A stretch of 44,472 nucleotides of DNA, taken from NCBI GenBank assembly GCA_031386385.1, contig JANNCG010000476.1:1-44472 (forward strand), in the 5' to 3' direction. Shown here in pieces: positions 42,808-44,472 of this stretch; position 1 is the stretch's first letter; the number at the start of each line of letters is the position of its first letter. The notes below the pieces were generated by a model, which saw only the letters and a list, made by a program, of their open reading frames with translations, searched no databases and was not told the DNA's origin. The DNA is from Myxococcales bacterium. Lineage in GTDB: Bacteria > Myxococcota_A > Polyangia > Polyangiales > Ga0077539. The translations under genes were made by a program, and so were the position numbers.

Positions 42808-43965
42808 TTACTCGCGCGTAATGCGTGCTCGCGCTTCACGAACACGACGCATCGCGTCTTCGGGGTCTGTTCCCGTGGCGATCAGGTGGCCCATCTTGCG
42901 ACCAGGTCGAGCGATTTTCTTACCGTACAAATGCAGGTTTACTCCCGGAACCTCCAGCGCCGCTTCAAATCGAGGAGGCGTTTTTTGCAGCCAAAGATCC
43001 CCCAAAAGGTTGGCGATCGCCGCCGGTCGAATGGGGTCCGTCACGCCGAGCGGCAGATCACAAACTGCCCGAACAAGCTGCGCAAACTGACTTGTCGGCG
43101 AGGCAAGCTCCGTCGCATGAAACGTGTTGTGCGGGCGGGGTGACAGCTCGTTCACGGTCAGGGAGCCGTTGCTACTGAGAAACAACTCCACAGCCAATAG
43201 CCCCTCAAGTTCAAGTGACGAAGCGAGCTCACAGCCGATCTCTGCGGCTCTCGCTGCGATCGAAGGGGCCACCGGGGCTGGTGTTACGCTCACATCAAGC
43301 ACTTGGTTGATATGCTCGTTGAGCGCTACCGGAAACACCGCCACTTGCCCAGACGGCGAACGCGCCACAAGGACGCTCAACTCTGCCTGAAGGTCAATCG
43401 CTCGCTCGATGACACAGTGATGTCCACCAAGCTCGCGCCAAGCAGTCCGTGCAGATTCAACATCTGCGCGAAGAACACGCGCTTGGCCCCGGCCGTCGTA
43501 GCCGCCTTCGCACACCTTCGCAAAAGCTCCGGCCCCCAGCGCTGGCGCGACACGGACAAACTCTTCTTCGCTCGTCGCCTCACGCCACTCGCCCACTGGA
43601 AACCCACGCGCCGCAAGCCACGCCTTTTGCCGTGCGCGGTTTTGCACCGTTCGCATCAACGCCACGCCCGGTCTCATCGGAGCGTGTTGCGCCGCAGCCT
43701 CTAAACTCGCGATGGACACCTGCTCGATTTCAAGAGTGACGACAGCGCATCTGCGAGCGAGGTATGCCGCTGCGTCGGGCTCGTCAAAGCTCGCCTCGAG
43801 AAAGCGGTCCACTACGGGACGAATGGGGCACATAGGGTCGGGATCAAGCGCGTGGACAACATAGCCGAGGGCGCGAGCTGCGACCGCCGTCATGCGGCCA
43901 AGTTGACCACCGCCAAGAATACCGATCGTTTCACCAGGGAGAATTCGAGTTCGAATGTCAGACAT
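42808..43965 (-). CDS. purK: N5-carboxyaminoimidazole ribonucleotide synthase
   Basis: GILGGGQLGRM, an ATP-grasp pattern (FAKVCEGGYDGRGQ, VIERAIDLQAELSVLVAR, ELSPRPHNT) and a C-terminal KMGH motif. Confidence 0.9.
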   Translation of the reverse strand: MSDIRTRILPGETIGILGGGQLGRMTAVAARALGYVVHALDPDPMCPIRPVVDRFLEASFDEPDAAAYLARRCAVVTLEIEQVSIASLEAAAQHAPMRPGVALMRTVQNRARQKAWLAARGFPVGEWREATSEEEFVRVAPALGAGAFAKVCEGGYDGRGQARVLRADVESARTAWRELGGHHCVIERAIDLQAELSVLVARSPSGQVAVFPVALNEHINQVLDVSVTPAPVAPSIAARAAEIGCELASSLELEGLLAVELFLSSNGSLTVNELSPRPHNTFHATELASPTSQFAQLVRAVCDLPLGVTDPIRPAAIANLLGDLWLQKTPPRFEAALEVPGVNLHLYGKKIARPGRKMGHLIATGTDPEDAMRRVREARARITRE

Positions 43966-44025
43966 AAGTGGGTGCGTGATCCTTACCTAATGGCCTTAGG
44001 CGGGGCTGTTAGCTCTGTGAATGAT

Positions 44026-44472
44026 CTACACGCTCGGGAGTTTCGTATCGCGAGCGTCTTGTGTTTTGGCCGCTCGCCAACGGACTACGTTGGCGCGGAT
44101 GTGTGGCACCGAGACTCCGACGATTTGCGCCGCGAGGATCGCTGCGTTGACGGCCCCAGGCTTACCAACTGCGAGCGTCCCGACGGGGATTCCTCCAGGC
44201 ATTTGGACAATGGACATCAGCGCGTCGACACCGTTTAACAACGTCGCGGGTATGGGCACTCCCAACACCGGAACAACCGTCTTCGCGGCCACCATTCCTG
44301 GCAAATGTGCAGCCCCGCCAGCCCCCGCGATGATCACCATCAGCCCTCGCTCAGCGGCAGTCTCCGCATAGCGAAACATCTCGTCAGGCATCCGGTGCGC
44401 CGAGACCACGTTTGCCTCAAAGGGCACAGCGAGCTCCCGCAGCACCAAACACGCATGCTGCATCCACTCCCA
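44026..44472 (-). CDS. purE: N5-carboxyaminoimidazole ribonucleotide mutase; the 5' end lies outside the window
   Basis: [52 protein letters not shown]-type motifs (here [19 protein letters not shown]). The frame stays open to the window edge (..WEWMQHA), so the listed Met at 44463 is internal. Confidence 0.85.
   Translation of the reverse strand, partial: WEWMQHACLVLRELAVPFEANVVSAHRMPDEMFRYAETAAERGLMVIIAGAGGAAHLPGMVAAKTVVPVLGVPIPATLLNGVDALMSIVQMPGGIPVGTLAVGKPGAVNAAILAAQIVGVSVPHIRANVVRWRAAKTQDARDTKLPSV

Noticed and set aside
1-44472. CRISPR arrays, tRNA/rRNA genes, integrases, transposases, prophage or toxin-antitoxin modules
   Set aside because: I saw no spaced direct-repeat arrays, cloverleaf-compatible intergenic segments or recombinase-like ORFs. 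Intergenic gaps are mostly too short to hide such features.

Overview
This is a GC-rich chromosomal window of about 37 protein-coding genes. I found no rRNA, tRNA, CRISPR array, transposase or integrase. The gene content points to a Myxococcota-like (deltaproteobacterial) genome, though this is inference only: four eukaryotic-like Ser/Thr kinases, type IV pilus (T4P) assembly genes, sigma54 and c-di-GMP signalling, and many exported Cys-rich or lipoproteins.

Main blocks:
1. Left edge: a truncated RecF/OLD-like ATPase and a membrane alkaline-phosphatase-family protein.
2. 2223-7247: a 1674-aa protein fusing Ser/Thr kinase, STAND-like P-loop NTPase, TPR-like helices, GAF, a sigma54 AAA+ activator and a Fis-type HTH. 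It is followed by three exported Cys-rich or lipoprotein genes.
3. 13.7-18.6 kb: a LysM-M15A peptidoglycan peptidase divergent from pilM-pilN-pilO-pilP.
4. About 22 kb of mixed cargo. It includes a kinase, an M15B peptidase, a 1006-aa orphan lipoprotein, a tight c-di-GMP triad (kinase-PilZ fusion, REC-GGDEF, EAL), CitE-like, SDR and GNAT enzymes, another kinase, and ribF.
5. 40.4-42.7 kb: an AMIN-less pilQ secretin on the opposite strand, preceded by a small exported protein.
6. Right edge: purK and purE.

Leads most worth follow-up:
- Two candidate sigma54 (-24/-12) promoters sit within a few nt of start codons. One is immediately downstream of the giant kinase-EBP gene and one is in front of the exported-protein/pilQ pair. 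Both carry a CTGACAA element 45-48 nt upstream of the -24 GG.
- The pil cluster looks split by a single roughly 24-kb inversion.
- The PilZ-kinase / diguanylate cyclase (DGC) / phosphodiesterase (PDE) module is embedded between the pil halves.

All functional calls come from motif recognition by eye. No database search was run.
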